Shown piece by piece: positions 63,423-64,000 of a stretch of DNA of 64,000 nt. Each line of letters starts with the position of its first letter. Position 1 is the first letter of the stretch. The notes under the pieces were generated by a model. The model saw only the letters and a program-made list of their open reading frames with translations, was not told the DNA's origin and did not search any database. Both the position numbers and the translations under genes were made by a program. The DNA comes from Guillardia theta CCMP2712 (lineage: Eukaryota; Protista; Cryptophyta): contig NW_005434666.1 of the NCBI RefSeq assembly GCF_000315625.1, forward strand, positions 321,781 to 385,780. The letters are read 5' to 3'.

Positions 63423-64000
63423 TCAACCCTCATCGTCGCTTGAAATTTGCAAACACATCTCAGAAAAATGCCCCGCCCAACTGGAACTCTGCTTAAAACA
63501 ACGTCAATGTTTACACACTGTCTTTCTTCCCACAAATTCTACGGAAAACCTGATTGACACAACGCTGCTATTCAAGCGTCCATTTCAAGTTCATGCTTTT
63601 GTCCGCAGAATTATATTGCATCTTCCTGTGAAATCTAAGGATCCCTATGCAATTGTAGTGCCAAATGATGTTTCCATCCTGCCGCGTCTCTCAACTTTAA
63701 CTAATTAACGCTTTGCAATCAATCCTGACATCAACCTTCAATTCTATTCAATGTATTTCCTAAATTTTGTCCCATTTATCTGATCCTGACAGTCCCTTCC
63801 CCTTCCCCACCCTCTTCCGGCCCTTGCTCTGCCATTCCTTGTTCTTTCATCAAGTTTGCCCTTTTGAGCTTCTGCCCCTGTACATGCTCTTCCTGCTTCT
63901 TGACAACCTGAATTTCCTCCAGCTGTTATACAACTAAGTTCCTTCACTCTTCTTGTCCCTTCCCATCCCCCTTCCCTTCAGGTTTGTCCTCTGCCCCCCT

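Noticed and set aside
1-64000. tRNA/rRNA genes or a functionally linked gene cluster
   Set aside because: No cloverleaf or rRNA-like sequence recognised by eye. Neighbouring genes have unrelated functions, and the co-occurrence of several Ca2+-related proteins is not evidence of a cluster.

Overview
Eukaryotic, gene-dense nuclear DNA with many short (~45-60 nt) GT-AG introns, CT/GA-microsatellite-expanded introns and signal-peptide+Phe bipartite presequences. This fits an alga with a complex red plastid; the style suggests a cryptophyte such as Guillardia (inference). Gene content in order: a giant secreted protein with ~11 prokaryote-like DxDxN/LxETGxxTGxF repeats (runs off the left end); an EF-hand/ADP-ribosyltransferase/ankyrin protein; a Cys-rich (GCC2/3, ephrin-receptor-like) + LamG surface protein; a TSET/TPLATE TTRAY2/TWD40-2-like WD40 protein; a probably plastid-targeted cytochrome P450; several hypotheticals; eIF4E; an ABCG half-transporter; an EF-hand Na+/Ca2+ exchanger (NCL type); UBE2S; a GT11-like glycosyltransferase; a PH-like protein; a plastid inositol monophosphatase; a Crypton-type tyrosine-recombinase element; the dynein light chain p28; and a two-domain membrane cyclase. 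The most striking items are the intron-containing Crypton recombinase whose catalytic Tyr codon reads Asp, the EF-hand-bearing R-S-ExE ADP-ribosyltransferase whose ExE motif is hidden by compensating introns, the cyclase with swapped C1/C2 roles, and the S-layer-like giant repeat protein. Exon boundaries were read by eye and gene ends are often approximate.
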